From positions 22,259,486 to 22,323,485 of the forward strand of contig CM119267.1 of the NCBI GenBank assembly GCA_051294375.1: a stretch of DNA of 64,000 bases. Reading direction: 5' to 3'. This document shows positions 13,673 to 29,058 of this stretch, in pieces. The notes beneath the pieces were generated by a model. It worked only from the letters and a program-made list of their open reading frames with translations, ran no database searches and had not been told where the DNA came from. The translations under genes were made by a program, and so were the position numbers. The DNA comes from Paraspadella gotoi (Eukaryota > Animalia > Chaetognatha). The first letter of the stretch is position 1, and the number at the start of each line of letters is the position of its first letter.

Positions 13673-14147
13673 TTTTTTTTTGGGGGGGGGAGAAGGATTG
13701 TCAAAGGAGGAAAAGGATAGAAGAGGACAAATCTCTGTCTTTGCAATTGAGACGCCGACCGAAAGTTAACGATCGATTGCGGCAATAATCTCCTCGGACT
13801 TCATCCCCGTTTCCGTCTCAGTTCTTTTTGCACAGGGTGTGGTGTCACTGTTCGCTCACTGTTTAGTCACAACTCCATATACCTCTTCATGTTAATAAAG
13901 TTTTGATGGCTTCACAATTATAAAAAAATAATTAACGAAAATACTTTTTTTTAAATGATTGGTCAACAATCACCGAAAACTGGTTAAAAAATATATATTG
14001 CTCTTGTAAGTGGATAAAACAATAACAGCACAGTTTATCTCAAGAAAGGCCACCACGGAGCAGGGGGAGAAAAGGGATTGTCATGAATGAGCCCGGACGG
14101 TTGGACGCTTCAACCCCGACGGGGACACCTAATTTCCTACAGAATTT

Positions 14148-16968
14148 TTACTCGTCGTCCGAAAGCACCCCGCCCAAATCTGGATCCGCCAGCTTCAAAA
14201 CTCCGCCCACGAGGTAGAGACTCCCGGTGGCGAGGACTTGAAGACGAACGCCGGGTCGGAGCCAAGAGGGGCGCGGCACGGCCTTGCCCTCGCAGAGCGG
14301 GACTTCGTTGTTGTTGACGTTGAGAAAGTCCAAGGCGTCGGAGATGGAGGGGAGGTAGAAAGCGGGCGGAGTTGAGGTGGGAGAAGATATGGAAGTGTTG
14401 TCGAAAGATGAATCGGCGGGAGAAGGGGGATTGCTAAAAAAAACAATCGAGGATAACTGATGAATACATATAACTAAGAAAATGTTAGAATAATTCATTT
14501 ATACGTCATATTAAGGAGACTAACACTTTAGAAAACCTAAAAAATTAAATCTTATGAATATAGAGGACCTGTTTAAGTCTATCCAGGCCTGTAGGTTGTT
14601 TAGGCAGGTTCGTTTGTTAGCCTCCTCGTCGGTGTTGAGGCTCGTTTGGTCGACCGAGACGTTGACAGCGCCTCCGCTGCTGCTTGGAGACGACGAAACG
14701 TTGGGGCAGAAGACGGCGGCGTCAAAGTCGAGACGGAGGAGATACTTTAGGAGGGAGCGGGGCGAACGCCCGCCTGGAGATGGGGAAAGGGAAGGTTGTT
14801 TCAAGACAGATGGCATTATTTTTTTCTTTGTTGGAAACTCTCCCTCAATCTCTCTCACTCTCTCTCTCGAACCTAATGTGTAGAGCATTTTGTTAATGTT
14901 TTTTCAAAGCTGATGAAGACTCGAACCAACAGAGTCGAAACATGCACTCTTAATAATAAAAAAATCGTTGAATTGGCACATTATAAACCTTTCTTAAATT
15001 TTTTTTTCTATAAAAACTTTTACATTTTTCCTTTGATTAAAATATAAACTTAATATATCTAATATTTGGCAGAAAGTACAAAATTTTAAAATCCTTGAGA
15101 AAAGGGATTATTAAACCACTAAAATATGCAAATGCGATTAATCATTAGTTCATTACCCGTTACGTTGAAGAGAAGGACCTTGTAGAAACCTCTTTCCTTC
15201 TCGTTGTACATTCCTTCAACGCCCTCGTGCCTAATGATCTCCTTGAGCGTCTCCTCCCGGAACCAAGACGCGCAAAACTTGAGGCTCTCCTCCGTGTGAG
15301 CGCCGTCAAGATAGAGAGTCAAATCTGCAAAATAAAAGTAATAAAGACCGGTTAGTACGTACTTTAAAAATTTTGGCAAAAGTCATTTTAATACCGGCGT
15401 GCATCTTGACGATCTGCGACCTCCCAGGCCAAAAAGTACGCCGCAGTCCGGCCAGATGGGCAGGCCGCAGCGGAAAGGGTGTGGCAGTCGGCAGCAGCGA
15501 CAGCCCCTCGGCGAAGCGGGCCGAAGTCGGCGGAGAGAGGGTGATGGGCGACGCTAGAGAGCCGCTGGACGATGGGATGGACGATCCTGGATCAGAATCG
15601 CCAAGCGACGACGCCGCGAGACGAGGTTCCGTCGTTATGGATCTCTGCAACATCCCCTCCCCGTTTTCCCCGACGACTCCCTTCGTCCTTGACTCCATCC
15701 AAGCCTGCGCCAGGTGCAGCGCCAACGAGGCGTTCCAAAACTGAGGTTCCCCATGGATTCCGATTTTAAGAGGATTGCCAGACCCGGAATCGACGTAGTC
15801 GTCGGTGGCTGCTGTAGCTGCCGCGGGAGATGCGGCGTCGAATGAGCAATATGAAGTGAGTATGGAGGAGACGACGCGTAGCGACGAACCGCGCTCCGCT
15901 GCGCGATCTCTGAGCACGCGCATCGCTTCCACAGGTTGCGGAACGGTGAAGGCGAGGGCGTTGGGCTTGAAGATGCCCGCCTTGTGCCACGCGATGCTGG
16001 TAATGGTTGAGCCTTGACAGAGGGGACAGTTGAAAGTTTTATCAGCTTCGTAACTCTGGATTCTAGGATCTCTTTGATCAAAGATCAGTTGATCACTGCT
16101 TACCCAAAAGGGCCGTGTGATCAATACCGAGAGCCGTGACGCCACAAACAACGGGAGAAGGAAAAATGTTTGTCGAGTCGAATTCTCCACCGATTCCAAC
16201 CTTACAATCGAAGAAAGATTGAATTATTATTTTAAAAAGCAAAATAAAATTTTAGACAGCTCACCTCGATCACAGCCACGTCGACATTCTCCTTCAAAAA
16301 CGCGTGAATGGCCATGATGGTGAGGAACTGAAAGTAAGCTGGCATATTGGCATCGTCGATGGCGGGAAGAGTTTCATCCTCGGACGCTTTCAACATTGGA
16401 TTATAGACCTGTTAGAAAAAAAAACTTTTTTATAAAAATCATTACAAATTTAAGCAAATCTTTTTCCCAAATGCTTGCCACTCACATCCCAAAAGTAAGC
16501 GGCGAACTTTCCCTTCGCCAACGGATCCCCGTCGATCCGAATTCTCTCCCTGACTTCGACGAGATGAGGAGAAGAAAAGAATCCCGTCCGAAATCCATGA
16601 TGCCGGAGAACGCTCTCGGCAAAGGCGCAGGTGGATCCCTTGCCCTTGGTGCCGCTCACGTGGACCACGGAGAGCCGGTCGAGCTCGGCGAGTCGGATGC
16701 CGGCGCGGGCAAGATAGCGCAGTGTGTTGGGGACGCTCAAATGACGTTTCGAGTCTTTTTCGCGACGGATTTTGTCCAGAGTCTGGCGGTTGGACTGGAG
16801 AGAGTTGAGGCAGCGGACGGCGTCATCGTACGAAACGTCTACATCGTCCGAGAGTTGATGGGGAAACGTTTGTTGGTGTTGTCGACGTTGCTGTTGTTGT
16901 TGTGAAGGGCGAACCATTGCGATAAGCGGACGTAGTGAACATGAGTAGGGTCGAAGAAAGCCGATCAT
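14148..16968 (-). CDS. FPGS: Folylpolyglutamate synthase, copy 1 (canonical motifs), 7 exons
   Basis: LNSLQSN; HVSGTKGKGSTCAFAESVLR; FFSSPHLVEVRERIRI; E|VGIGG; IAWHKAGIFK; WPGRSQ; YLDGAHTEES; VLATGSLYLVGGVL. Confidence 0.92.
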
Positions 16969-17238
16969 GAAGAGAAAAACGGGAAGCGGCCGCCGCTTTA
17001 ATTTCTAAAAACAATTTCCGACAAGTGAAAATGACACATATACAACAGGAACCAGAAAAACGTCATAGTAATGTAAAAAAAATTAATGAACATGTATAAC
17101 AAACTTTTTTCAACCAGACTAGATAAATGCCAACAATATGAATTATGAAAGTATAAAAATTAAAGTCAACCATCGAATAAAAATTTAAGAAAAGACTAAT
17201 GCGATATAAACGTCACCATTTGGACTGTTTTAAAATAT

Positions 17239-19778
17239 CTATTCGTCGCGCAAAGAGCCACCGAGGTCGGGGTCGGCAACAGCGAGAACCGCGCCCGCGA
17301 ACCTGACGCCCCCGGTGGCGAGAACATGAACGTCGACGCCGCGACGGAGCCAGGTTGGACGCGGGACGACGGAGCCGTCACAAATAACGTCGTCGTCGTT
17401 ATTGGCGTCTAAAAATTTGAGGGCGTCGTCGATGGATGAGATATAAAAGGCGAGTGAGGAGGAAGAGAATGATGATGACGATGAGGACGACGATGAAGAT
17501 AGAGCTTCATCCGGATTATGTGGAGAGTCCACGGTTTCACACGGACTTTGCCTGGTGAAGGGAAAAAGACTTGCTTATCATTTTATTCCACAGTGAAGAT
17601 CATTATCTCATTTTCGAAGATTTAATTTGAAGAGTATCGAACGAGTGCGATCTGATAATCGAAAACCGAACGATTCTCGAACTGTTTTGAGTAGTTGTAC
17701 CTGAAAACACAACCAGGGAGGAGTTGTAAACCGTTTACGATTATTCTCGTAAAAAAAAATTACCCAAATTCAAATGACAATTTAAAAAGGGCGCACCCGC
17801 TGAGCTCTCTCCAGGCCTGCGCGTTTTCGAGGCTGATCTTTCGATTTATGTCGTCGTCGACCTCGGCGCTCGACAAGTCAGCAGAGTTGGCGGACGCGCC
17901 CGAGGAAGACGTCGTGCTGGGGCAGAAAATGGCGGCGTCGAAGCCGACGGGAATGAGATTCGGTAGCAAAGAGTAAGGAGATCGGCCGCCTGCGCGAATG
18001 AAAAAAATTCGCATACATATTCAAATTCAGAATAATGAAATAATAATATCCCATAATATCCGTACCGCTCGAGTTGTAAAGCAAAACTTTAAAGAGACGG
18101 TTTTCGCCGTCTCTCCAGAGTTCATGATTCTCGCGAGAAACGAGAGCCGCCTTAGCTGTTTCTTCCCGAAACCAATGTGCGCCATGGAGCAAACTCTGCT
18201 TCGTCGCAGCCGCGTCCACGTAAACCGTTAATCCTGTTGAGCAAGAGCAGAGGCAAAAAGTAGTAACAACCCCGTTCATTAAAAATAATATTAACGTTTC
18301 TTTCAACTCACCGGGCCGAACTCGCACGAGTTGATTTCTTCCCGGCCAAAATGTTTTTTCGAGTCCGACCAAGTTGTGCCGCTCGAGCAAAAAAGGTTTA
18401 ACGATCGGAACTCCCTCCAGCAGAGCGACATCCGCGTCATCTTCTTCCTTCGGCAACCCGGTAGCGTTCTCTCCTCCCTCTCTCTTTCCCTTGGCCTCGA
18501 TCCAAGCGCGCGCCGCGTGCAATGCCAGAGACGCGTTCCAGAATTGCGGTTTTCCGGGAATTCCGAGTTTTGGTGTTTGGGCGTCGTTTCCGTCGAAGAA
18601 AGAAGAGACGACGCGTAGCGACGCGCTGCGTTCCCCCGCACGATCCCTCAGCACGCGCATCGCTTCCATTGGCTGTGGGACGGTGAAGGCGAGAGCATTG
18701 GGCTTGAAGATGCCAGCCTTGTGCCACGCGATACTGGAAATTGTGGATCCTAAAAAACAAACATTTAATATAAAATAATAACATACCTTTTGTTTAATTA
18801 ATTAAGTATCAATTACGTATTTTATACCTAATATGGCGGTATGGTCGATGCCGAGAGTGGTGACGGCACAAACGACGGGAGAAGGAAAAACGTTGGTCGC
18901 GTCGTATTCGCCACCAACACCAACCTGTTACAAGTTGTAAAGGCATCTTACAATTTCTCAATGTAATTATACATAATAAATGAAAAAGGATAATAACCAC
19001 CTCAAAGATTGCGACGTCGACTTCTTCGGCCAAAAATGATCGAATGGCCATGATGGTCATGAACCAAAAGTAGGTGGGCATGTTGAAGTCGTCGACGGGA
19101 TCGAGGGACGAATCTTCAGAGGCCCGACGAAGAGGTACATAAACCTGGGAAGGGTTTGAACAAGAGAAATTCAAGGGGGATGAAACAAATGAATTTCGAG
19201 AAAATATTTCAAATTAACCAGAAAAATTGTCAATCCAAAATTCTAAATAAATAAATAAATATTCACACATCCCACTGCCAATTGCCCAATTAACACAGTG
19301 ATTCCCAATTGCCTACGTCTTGAAAGTACCGCGCGAATTTCTCCTTGGCCAGAGCCTTTCCCCCGATCCTGATCCTCTCCCGGACTTGAACGAGATGAGG
19401 CGAAGAATAAAAGCCCGTCCTGAAGCCGGCGTGGCGCAGGAGGCTCTCCACGTAGGCGCAGGTCGAGCCTTTGCCCTTGGTGCCGCTCACGTGGATCACA
19501 GAGAGGCGGGCAAGATCTGAGTCCTCGATCCCGGCGCGGGTCAAGTAGCGCCTCATGCGGGGAATACGAGTCTCGTTGGAACTCTCACGATCGCGGCGAA
19601 GCTTCTCCAGGCGTTGCTGGTCGGACTGGAGGAGGTTGAGGCGGCGGACGGCATCTTCGTAGGAAGGGAGGGTCGCGCCGTATGAGAAAATCGGGTGGGG
19701 TGTGTCGTGGACTTTTAGTTGATGCTGCACCATGGTGATAGGATAAGGGCGAGTTCGCCGTCCAACGACGCGGAACAT
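17239..19778 (-). CDS. FPGS: Folylpolyglutamate synthase-like, copy 2 (divergent C-terminal motifs), 7 exons
   Basis: Same exon layout as copy 1. HVSGTKGKGSTCAY, YSSPHLVQVRERIRI and WPGRNQ are intact, but the C-terminal motifs read YVDAAATKQS and VLATGGVRFAGAVL. Confidence 0.85.
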
Positions 19779-19826
19779 GCGGAAACGAATCTTTAAAAAG
19801 AAACTGGGGAGTTAAGGGGACCCAGT

Positions 19827-19836
19827 NNNNNNNNNN
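19827..19836. other. Assembly gap (10 N)
   Basis: Run of N in the sequence. Confidence 1.
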
Positions 19837-20072
19837 TCTATTCCCCTTTTGTTCTGTAAAAAAAAAGTAACGAGAAATAAGGCGGATTTTTTGTAAAATA
19901 TAGTAGGAATATTTTTTAAATATTGTAAAATTGGACGGAATAGAATATTCATCGACTAACGACGTTAAACCGCAAAACCGCTGGAAAAACTTGTATATGG
20001 CTGAAAACGAGGCTTCTAAAAAAATAAACGGAATAAAGAGTTTTGTTGGGTTTCTGCTTTGAATTCGTCCTT

Positions 20073-23000
20073 TCACGAAATCTTCTCCAAACTGGCCACG
20101 TAGACCCAGACGCTGAGCACGTTGGACGGATAGGCGTGGACGTAGACGCCGAGTGCGAACTCGACGTCGGTGGCGGCGTTGTTGTGGAGTCCAGTGGCGT
20201 AGACGGCGTCGAGAATGTCGGTGCATCCAGTATAGGACGCGTTGAGAGGGAATCCGCTAAGGGCGTAGGCGGCGAGGAACGGCTTCAACGGCTCCATCAT
20301 ATCCGCCTCTGTCGCCGACGGCGTCGCGTTCGGTTGACATGCGATCGCCTCAAGTTTGGGCAAGATTTTCTCCAGGGCCTGATGTCAAAATTTAATAGAT
20401 CGATCTCAAAGAAATGTTAATTTTGATCGCATCTAGAAAAGAATATAAACTTTACAAAGTGAAAACCCACCTGACTGCAGAGCCGATTCCATCGCGTGAT
20501 TCTCTTCGGACGCCATTTCATCAGACTCTCCCGCACGCTTCTTTCCACTTTTTCCGAAAGGGAACGAACGAACTCGGGGTCGATCTCGAGATATCCTAGG
20601 GATTCCGGCTGCACTGAGCTCAGCCCCGGATTGGGAAACTTGTTGGAGAAGAAGGGCGTCCAGTCTCGAGCGACGTTGAGGTCGAAATTGAGGCGAGCGG
20701 GTTGCACATTGGCCTGGCTGTTGACCCAGATGTTGTTGTTGTCCACGATCGAGTGGACGGCGGTCATGGGGCAGAAGCTGTCTTTGACGTCGAAACGAAC
20801 GCCTGTCGTCGGATTCCACAACCAAAAGTCGGTCGGCCCTTCTTTACTCACCACGTAGGAGGTGGGGCCTTCGGGGATGGCCAGGCCAAGCGCCAGCCAT
20901 GCCTCTTTGCCCATGAAAAGAAAGTAGTTCAGCAAGAGCAAGGCGTGCTCTTCCTCGTCCCCGGTCATCATGCGCAAAAACTGGTCGCAGGTGCTCCAGA
21001 GGTCGCACATGCCGGCGAAGAAGGCGCTGTCGGAGACGCTGGGGATGCGGGCGACGAAGCGGGCCACTTTAACCGCCGAAGCAGGCGTCTGCCACGTGCC
21101 GACCATGAGTTCGGCCGGCGGCTGCAGGGGACGGACGTAGCGCGTGACGAAGACAGATTTGCCCTGCAGGTTTACGACGGTTGTGGTGACCTCCGTGCGG
21201 TCGGGAAACCTTTTAGCGAAGACATCGGCAAATTCGTCAGCCTTGCGGAGGAGCGCTTCCGACTCATTGGAGTCGAAACGCTCTCGGACGGGATCGGCCG
21301 GAGCCAGCGGCGGGTCGAGAGTCATGTAGAAGTGAAGGTAGGAGTGATTGCCAGTCGAGCGAAACTGCTCGTTGACGAACCCATCCTGGGATTTTTTGTA
21401 GCCTAATAACACGGACGGAGTTTGCACGCGAAAGGTGCCCTCGATCTTCCCGTTGAAGAAAAGGGTCGTGAAGGGAATCTTGATGGATCCGAGCCACTTG
21501 TCTACGATCATTTGATGAACGGTTCTAGTGGTATTCGTGTCTTCGCTCGATTCAGAGATGTCCTTGACGACCTCATCGAACAGGGTCACGTGAATATAGT
21601 CGGTGACTTTTTGTAGGTTAGCCGGCGAAAAATCATCGTTGGGGGCGCTAAAGGGAAGAGAAACCTCCTCGTTCCAACTGGCGTTGACGCCTTCTGAAGT
21701 GGAGGTTCTGGCGCTGTGGCGTTGGAAGACGACATCGACGAAAGGTTTGAGCAAGGGTGCTCCTTCAGAATCGGCGTCGACTATTTGGCCGCGGGGTTGG
21801 AACCCGACATTTTGTTGAAAACGCGTAGCGGCAGCGGAAACGACAAAAGGATTACCTGCGCCGCCACGATCATACCCGGCACCGTCATAGCCCCGAGTCG
21901 CCGTCATTTGTTGCGCCGTTTCGGCCTTCTCCGGCTCTCGCATGGGCAGATTAAAAGCACGAAGAACATTGACGTAGACGCGCACATCGGGCAATCCGAT
22001 GCCCGACGGCCCGCCGGGAGCTGATGCCTGAGCGTTGGTCTTCCGAGGAACCCGAACTGGATGCAACGGTCGAGCGAATCTCGCTTGCAACGACATAATA
22101 GATGCTGCCAGCGTCGAGATGTTTGGGATCTCCTCTTCGAGAACCACATCTTTGACCGTCCGATACTTAGCGATTTGATGAAATCTCTCCGCCACCTGCT
22201 GTCGTACTTTCTCCATGAAGCGAACCATGTTCGCTCGCCGAGCATCGGGGTCGCTTTCGTCCACCTCTTCGACGGCTTGTTCCCGCTTTAGTCGCTCCTC
22301 GTATCCCTCAAAGATGGAAGAGGGGATCTCTGAGGCGAAAGCAGGGATCATTCTCAGATTTCGATATTCGGGTATTTTTTGATCGCGCATCTGGAGCAAC
22401 TTGAAGCGCGGGTTGGAGTCGAGTTCTTCCCGAGAACAGAAGTCGAATTCTTCGTGGAGATGATCGAGGCGAAAATGTTTTCCGTCGCCGCGAGGTTCCA
22501 GGGCGTCGCCGCGATTCTCATCCACGAGATCGAGCAAGTCGGCGTTCTTCGGGTCGTTGGGATCTAAGGAAGGATCGGATGAGATCCAGTCGCGAAGTCG
22601 GGCTCTGTCAGAGACGCAGGCCAAACCCAACGCGCCCGTCTTTGTTAAGGTGCGGTTAATCGGTGCGCCCCGAATCGGTCTCGGTGGGCCAGTTGCGGAA
22701 TCAAGCGCCCAACCACTGGTAACTGTGACTTTCCCGGTTGTGAGAAAAGTTTTTAACTTTTCGGTCCGCATCGACGGATCAATAGATCGATCTTTTAGTA
22801 AAACCGGTACGCCGCTCCCGACCCCGGCATGCTTATGCTGCATCACCTTGTTGCTACTGAACTGCAGGGTCTCTGCAGCGACGCTGTTTCCGAAGGCCCC
22901 GAAGTCGGGCAGTGGAGCAAAGAGTTCGGCTAAGAGTGTCGCCGAAGCAAACGAAGTCGTTTCATAGACCTCGAATTTAAGAGAAGCTTGCGGCGACGGT

Positions 23001-26000
23001 GTCACTTGCAATTGATAAAAAGAATTGAAGGAGACGACAAAGTCATTGGGTATAGACTTGGAGACTGTCTTGACAACCTCTTTGTTGTTAAAGAGAATTC
23101 GGACAAAAACTTTAAGCCGAGACAAATCCTCCTTTCGTAAAACTTCGCCGGGCGAGGCTTCTTCTGAAGAGACGGGCTGCCCGACAGTCCAATCTAGATG
23201 TTGGATAAGCGGTTCGCCGGGCTTCCTCCAGTGCTGCCTGCCTATTTCCACGGCTTCGGCGAGGGCTCTCTCATCGTCAAAAGTCGGAGGCTTGTTCGGT
23301 TTGGGACTTTCCTCTGACAACAATAAAGCCTCGTCCTCCTCATTTTGATCGGCTTCGGCGTCCATATCGTCTCCGCCGCCTCGATCTCGCTTTCTTAACC
23401 TCTTCGCCGCTTCTTTCCTCGACTTTTTATCACGACGCCATTTCTCCAATTCCTTCTCGTATTCGGCCAAAAGAAAAGCCCTTTCTCTCTCAAAATCTTC
23501 TCGTCTCTGAGCGACGGCTTCCTACAAATGATTTAGATAAAATATAAATTTAAGAATAAAATCGATTAGTCAGAGTGAAAACGATAAGTTTTTATTTATT
23601 TTTGAAACTAATGCATAAACACCGCAGGCAGCTACCTCAATCTCCGTTTCCCACCATTCCGCGTCTTTCTCTTCATCCGCTTCCTTTTTGAATATGGCCA
23701 ACTTTCCCCCAGTGACGGCGTAACCTTGCTCTTCTCTCAAAGCCTTTAACTCCTTCCACGACCCAACGATGTTCCTCGTCAAAACCTTCATCTTCAACAT
23801 CTGAATGTTCCGCAATTGCACGACCTGTTTGAGTTCGTTTCTCTGCGATTCAAATCGCGACCTCAACCGAACCATCTCCGTACGGGATTCGTCCGAAGCC
23901 ACCGTCTCTTCCAATATTCTTAGCCTATCTCTCAGATTCTCGATGCTCTGGCGCAACGTGGCGATCTTCATTTCGTGCAGATTCAGAACGTCTCTTTTGA
24001 GGAATTCGATATATTCTTCGTGAAGTTGCTGCACTCGCAGGGCGAGAACGTGCTCCTCCGAAAAGAGGTGATGATGAGTGAAACTAAGGTTTTGAAGCTC
24101 GACGTTAAGTCGCGACTCACGGGCGTCGACGCCAGTTTCCGCATCGTGGGCGTGCCTGACTTGGTCCACCTCCGTCGCCTCCACGTAGATCGTCTCTATC
24201 TCCTCGGAAGGGTCCGCCTCGATCGGCGGTCTCGTCGGCGTCGTCTTCAGCGGCAAAGGCAACGCGTCCAACCGGCCGTCGGCGCGGAACCACTTGAGCC
24301 CTCTCCCATCGGCTTCTCGCAGCAGACGAGACTCCATTTTGTTTCGGTTAAACAGCGTCACATAAGGTTGCTGCCCGACGTAAAAGCCTTCGTCCTCGAA
24401 ATCTCGCGGGACGAGTTTGCGTTCTTCCACGTCACCATCGACGGCGTCTCGGCCGGGCAGCTTATCCTCGGCGAATAAAAGGGCGTCGCCCGGAACGTAG
24501 ATGGTCGACGCCACCAGCGCCTCTCGCTCCCAACGCCGAACGTAATCCGCCTCCACGAAGCGAACGAACTCGATCGGGTCGACGTCGCGAAAAAAGTCGG
24601 ACACGAGCTTCTTTTCGTCGTCGTCGTTGCCAGGGTCGTCGTCAGCCGCTTCTTCCGGTTCTTCGATTCTATCCTCCGCCGATTCTTTGACTTCAGTCGA
24701 CGGCGCCGTCGAAGATGCCGCATCCTCTTCCTCCGGCGTCGACTCCCAAACGCGGGCAAAAAAATCGAAGGATTCCTCTTCAGTCGGCCCGAAACTTTCA
24801 GCGCCGGGCGGCTCGACAGAGGAGGCGGCACGTTTCCACTTTTGTCGGGTTTTTATGCTCCTGATGATAAAGTCAGGGAAAATTTTAAATATAAGTGTTT
24901 AGTTTTATAAAGAAGCATCTCCGTTCTCCAACCTGGCCGCCAACTCTGCCTCCAGCTCCTCTTCTTCCTTTGTTTCGTCTTCGTCGAATCGAGTCCTGGC
25001 CAACGCCGTCGTCGCCTCCCTCAGACCCTTCAGGCGTCGCGAGGAAGAAGTCTTGGATCCTTCGCGCGCCGATGCATCCGGCGCCGCATCCGCTGCTCGC
25101 TGCAGCCGCGCCGCCATTCGCTGCCGCATTCGTTCTCGAATCGTCCCACCTGGAAAAACAAAATGAGATCTTTAAACTTATTTGCATAGGGCTGTATACT
25201 AGAGTGGAGCACTCAAGAACAAAAACAATTATTTGAATGATCAAACAAGGATATTTAGACGTGAGATAGTATGATTAACTAATAACTAGTACAAAAAAAT
25301 ATTTTGTTCATATTATTTCGGGAACAGAATAGTATAATATAATATATTTGCAGTAATATTCTTATAAAATAGTAAATTTTAAAAATAATTTTTTTTAAAC
25401 TTTTAATAAAGTTTTTGATTCTTCATAAAAATTTGAGAAAAAAGTGAAAATTCATAATTTTTTTATTCTCTGTAATAGAAACTTATACATGTTAAAACGT
25501 TTTCGTCATTTTTTGCTGTCTAAACATTAAAATATTATATAACATATATAATATTAAAAAGAAAAATAATTTATTTTTAAATTTAATGATTTTATAAGGA
25601 TATTACTATATAAATAATTGAATTTACTATACTGTTATGCTAAAAAAAATTTTTAAAGATTTAAAATTCGTTAATGTCCATAAACAACAAAAAAATAATG
25701 TGTAATCTCATTGAAGTGAACGCTGATAATCTCAATGAATGAAATGAATAAACGCGTGACAAAATGTTTTATTTATAAAAAGATAATATTCAAAAAGAAA
25801 TGGCTGATTCTGACGCAAATAATACTAATTACTGTAATTAGTAGAAACGCAACTATCCAAAACAAATACAAAATTAAATAAAAAGGTAAACAAAATAAAA
25901 ATCACAACGAACTACCAACCAGTGGCGGGTAGAGGTGAGGCAGCATCTGATCGGTCGTCTGTAAGGCGATTCAAAGATTCTGGAGGCGGAGGCGACACAG

Positions 26001-26226
26001 GCGGCGAAACGGGCGGCGATGCGGGCGGCGACGCCGGCGGAGTTGAAGACTCCATCGGTCGCGGCGTTGTCTGCTCGAATCCCTCGACAACTGATTCTTC
26101 GCTCCTCAACGGGCTCCGATCTATCGACGGGCGCCGTGCTGAGTTCTCTAGCGCCGCCTTTCTCTGCCGGCGTCGCTGCATCAGTGACGCTACGAGATCC
26201 TCGGCGCTCTGGTCCGAGGACGCCAT
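20073..26226 (-). CDS. CC2D2A: Coiled-coil and C2 domain protein 2A (ciliary transition zone, MKS6)
   Basis: PRDFEDEGFYVG...NKMESRLL; FTHHHLFSEEHVLA; LDPNDPKNA; C2 domain; DLWSTCDQFL..MTGDEEEHALLLLNYF; FALGVYVHAYPSNVLSVWVYVASL C-terminus. The first two exons are less certain. Confidence 0.92.
25200..25700. repeat. AT-rich interspersed repeat family B, copy 1 (CC2D2A intron); right end approximate
   Basis: Colinear with 60762-61490, starting tagagtggagcactcaagaacaaaaa. Confidence 0.8.
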
Positions 26227-26608
26227 ATTTTTTGTGGCGCTTTAGTTTTTAAAATTCATCTTTGGAGATAAAAAATGAGGATTAAGGGATAAAATCAATA
26301 ACAAAGAATAACGATAGAGCATTGAAAAAACTTTTAAATCTCGTCAATCACCATCGCAAGGCGGAAATATTAAATCATGCAAAGGAATAAATTTTTTTTT
26401 TCAAGAAAAAGGATCTCGATTTTATCGTCCTTAATAAAAAGGCATGTTTTTTTTTAAATCTAAAGAGATCGGAGACTAAGTATAAGTAAAGAAATTAAGT
26501 ATAAATAAAAAAGGCGCGACTTGAAAACAAATTGGTCGCTTTAATGTCGATATAAGTACGTACGTAGAAACGGCAAAAACAACCTCCTCCGTAAAATATT
26601 TGATGGCT

Positions 26609-28683
<2,075 letters not shown>

Positions 28684-29058
28684 CTTCTATGCAGTTCAAG
28701 CGAAAAAAAATTTACTTAACGTCATTTCAGGGGCTAATAAAGGTAAGGAATGTTGAGAACATGGAAAAACAAAACAACAACAAAAAAAGTCGAGTAAGAA
28801 GTATCACACAATAAGCTGAGTTTAAAAACAAGTCAAAATTAAATAAAATTCAAATGAATGCCCGATTGTTTCGAAAACTTTTTATTTAGTATTAGCCACA
28901 ACAAGCAACCAGCTCAAAAAGTCAATTAATAATTTAAATCTTCTAATTCATCCAGGCACCACACATACCTACTACCTAGTAAACCATTAAAGCGTTGGGT
29001 GAAAGCTACATAAATGTATAAAAGGGCATTCTAATGTGAATACTACGGCATTGTAAGC

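Noticed and set aside
20433-24478. Numerous plus-strand ORFs here and throughout the window
   Set aside because: They are antisense shadows of GC-rich minus-strand exons and have no recognisable motifs.
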